A stretch of DNA of 62,006 bases, counting the filler. It is 8 parts of 8 records of this genome, joined end to end, with 100 filler letters (N's around TTAATTAATTAA, not from the genome) between each part and the next. Parts side by side here need not be neighbours in the genome. Positions count along the whole stretch, not along the records: positions 56,096 to 62,006 come from SRR7504441_1798; 7 more parts are not named here. One strand, written 5' to 3'. Positions 60,483-62,006 of this stretch are shown here, in pieces. The translations under genes and the position numbers were made by a program. How positions within the stretch are numbered: the stretch's first letter is position 1; each line of letters starts with the position of its first letter. The notes below the pieces were generated by a model, which was not told the origin of the DNA, made no database searches, and was given only the letters and a program-made list of their open reading frames with translations.

Positions 60483-60532
60483 GTGCCGACCCGACCCACA
60501 CGGCATAAAAACGGCTGTTACGGCATATCTCG

Positions 60533-61810
60533 ATGGATGACCACCATCCGGAGGACAGGCTGGAGCCGGCCCCCACGCTACGGGCGGTGCTGTGGCTGGT
60601 GCTGCGCCACTTGCTCGGCACGCCGCGGCTGCTGCTCTGGGGCTGTGATCGGGAGCTCAAGCGACAAATCGACGAGGCTGACGACTGGTGCCAGCCCTCG
60701 GGGCCGGGGCTCAGCGCGGGGTAGGCCAGAACTGTGCGCCGGGCTCTTGTTGCTCCAGCAACAGCCGGGACCGAGCGCCTTTATCCGGCACCAGCGGGCC
60801 GCGTGGTTCCTCAAGCCGCCGATCGTGATCAGCGGCCAGCCCGCGGGCTTGCCGCTTCAATTGGTCGAAGTCCCTGAACTGACCGCCGAACACCGGTTCA
60901 GCATCCAGGGCCTAGCCGTCGATGGCAAGCGGGTGTTCAGCTTTGGAGAAGACAATGCCGACACCTACAACGTCTGGTGGAGCCGGCTAGCGCAGGCCGA
61001 AGGCCGACCGCAGCAGGTGATCCGGCTGCTGCAGAGGTCCGGCGCTCGGTTGGCAGCGCTGAGTCGAGGGCAGGCCGTTGGACGCGCAAGGCTTGGCCGA
61101 GATGCTCGATGGCTTCAGGTGCATTCTGCCCAACGGACATTGGCGCTGCCACAGTCGGGTGGTATCGCCAATCCTGGTTGAGGCCTGGCGAGCGTGGGAA
61201 ACCAGAGAGAGAGCTGACCCAAGAGTTGACCCGAGAATTTGTCCGGAGGTACCGCCTGAATATGACTATTACTCTCTTGCTGAGCCCTCAAGCGCGGGGC
61301 ATCGTACGCTCATCGTCCCTCTGCAAGATTGCCTGGACGAGGCGACGGTCAGCTGTTACGAGCAACAGATCCGGCAAGGCAACATCCCGGTCGCTTTTAC
61401 GATCATGTGCGCGCGCTGTTGAGCTGGAGGGGCCTGAGCCTGCCGGCAGGTTCAACTTTGCACCGCGGAGAAACTTTGGAGGGCCTGTGCAGAGTGAGTG
61501 CCATGTTTTGATTGATGGACACCACAAGATGAGAGCCGCAGCCAACGTGGGCGGACACTGCCGACTGTTAGTCTTCTCGGAAGAAAAGGGAAAATCTGAA
61601 TGGGGTGAAAAGGCAAGCCGTCACGATTACAATTTGGTCGGGCTTGAGAGTGTTTTCAAGCGGCTGGGTATGAATAGCAGCAACACGATCGTAAAACATT
61701 CAGGATTCCGGGGAAACAGTGACAGGCTCGCATTCGAGGCCTCTACGCTTCCGACAAGGCGTGTGTCGAAGAAAGCGCTAAAGAAAGAACAACGGCGCAA
61801 AAAGAAATGA
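60533..61810 (+). CDS. ParB/sulfiredoxin-like (DGHH motif) protein, 3 introns, basic C-terminal tail
   Basis: Spliced LDEATVSCYEQQIRQGNIPVAFTIM...CHVLIDGHHKMRAAANVG; ends KKEQRRKKK*. Confidence 0.6.
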
Positions 61811-62006
61811 AATTAGAGCACGCTTGCAAGTAAGATGAATCTTAATTGTTTGATAATTTAGTTGATTCAGTACGCTTAGTTGTTGAAGGCGCGCGGCCGT
61901 TTTTGTGGACCTTAGTTAGACCTTAGTCATGACCTTGGTCTAATAGTGCTCAAAACAATCATATCAAGATTCAAAATTGTGGGGGTGGCACGTCCTTTGC
62001 TGGCGG

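Noticed and set aside
1628-60660. Long antisense/overlapping ORFs (e.g. 4951-5670, 19479-20537, 28844-29635, 57393-58583)
   Set aside because: Shadow ORFs expected from high GC3; no recognisable motifs
148-61449. Introner-type transposable introns
   Set aside because: The introns read share length and GC richness but no sequence similarity or terminal repeats visible by eye
1-62006. tRNA, rRNA, CRISPR arrays, transposases, SECIS elements
   Set aside because: None recognised by eye; small ncRNAs cannot be excluded without a covariance-model search

Overview
Eight contigs of a compact, GC-rich microbial-eukaryote nuclear genome, joined by artificial 100-nt N/TTAATTAATTAA/N linkers, so neighbours across a linker are not necessarily neighbours in the genome. 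The organism is not identified. About 30 protein genes are present, and many are split by tiny (about 34-50 nt) GT-AG and frequent GC-AG introns, which is why the ORF track is fragmented. Recognisable products: MFS, amino-acid and PTR transporters; SVIP-like; TupA-like ATP-grasp; AANAT/PAA1-like GNAT; double-ML-domain protein; mL59; FCP1-type CTD phosphatase; 2OG-Fe(II) oxygenase; SHPRH; P4-ATPase; EF-hand proteins; DNAJC3; a divergent actin; a truncated SDF2; class I DAHP synthase; PCIF1; GH32. Most notable: (1) an AACGG/CCGTT Myb-type motif just upstream of nearly every start codon, often in 37-100 bp bidirectional promoters; (2) a VPS13/Chorein-like lipid-bridge protein fused to its own multipass membrane domain and a GOLD domain; (3) the tiny-intron system; (4) GTAC clusters in AT-rich spacers; (5) a PCIF1 that lacks the WW domain and carries an inserted zinc finger. 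All gene models were spliced by eye and all domain calls are motif recognition, not database searches.
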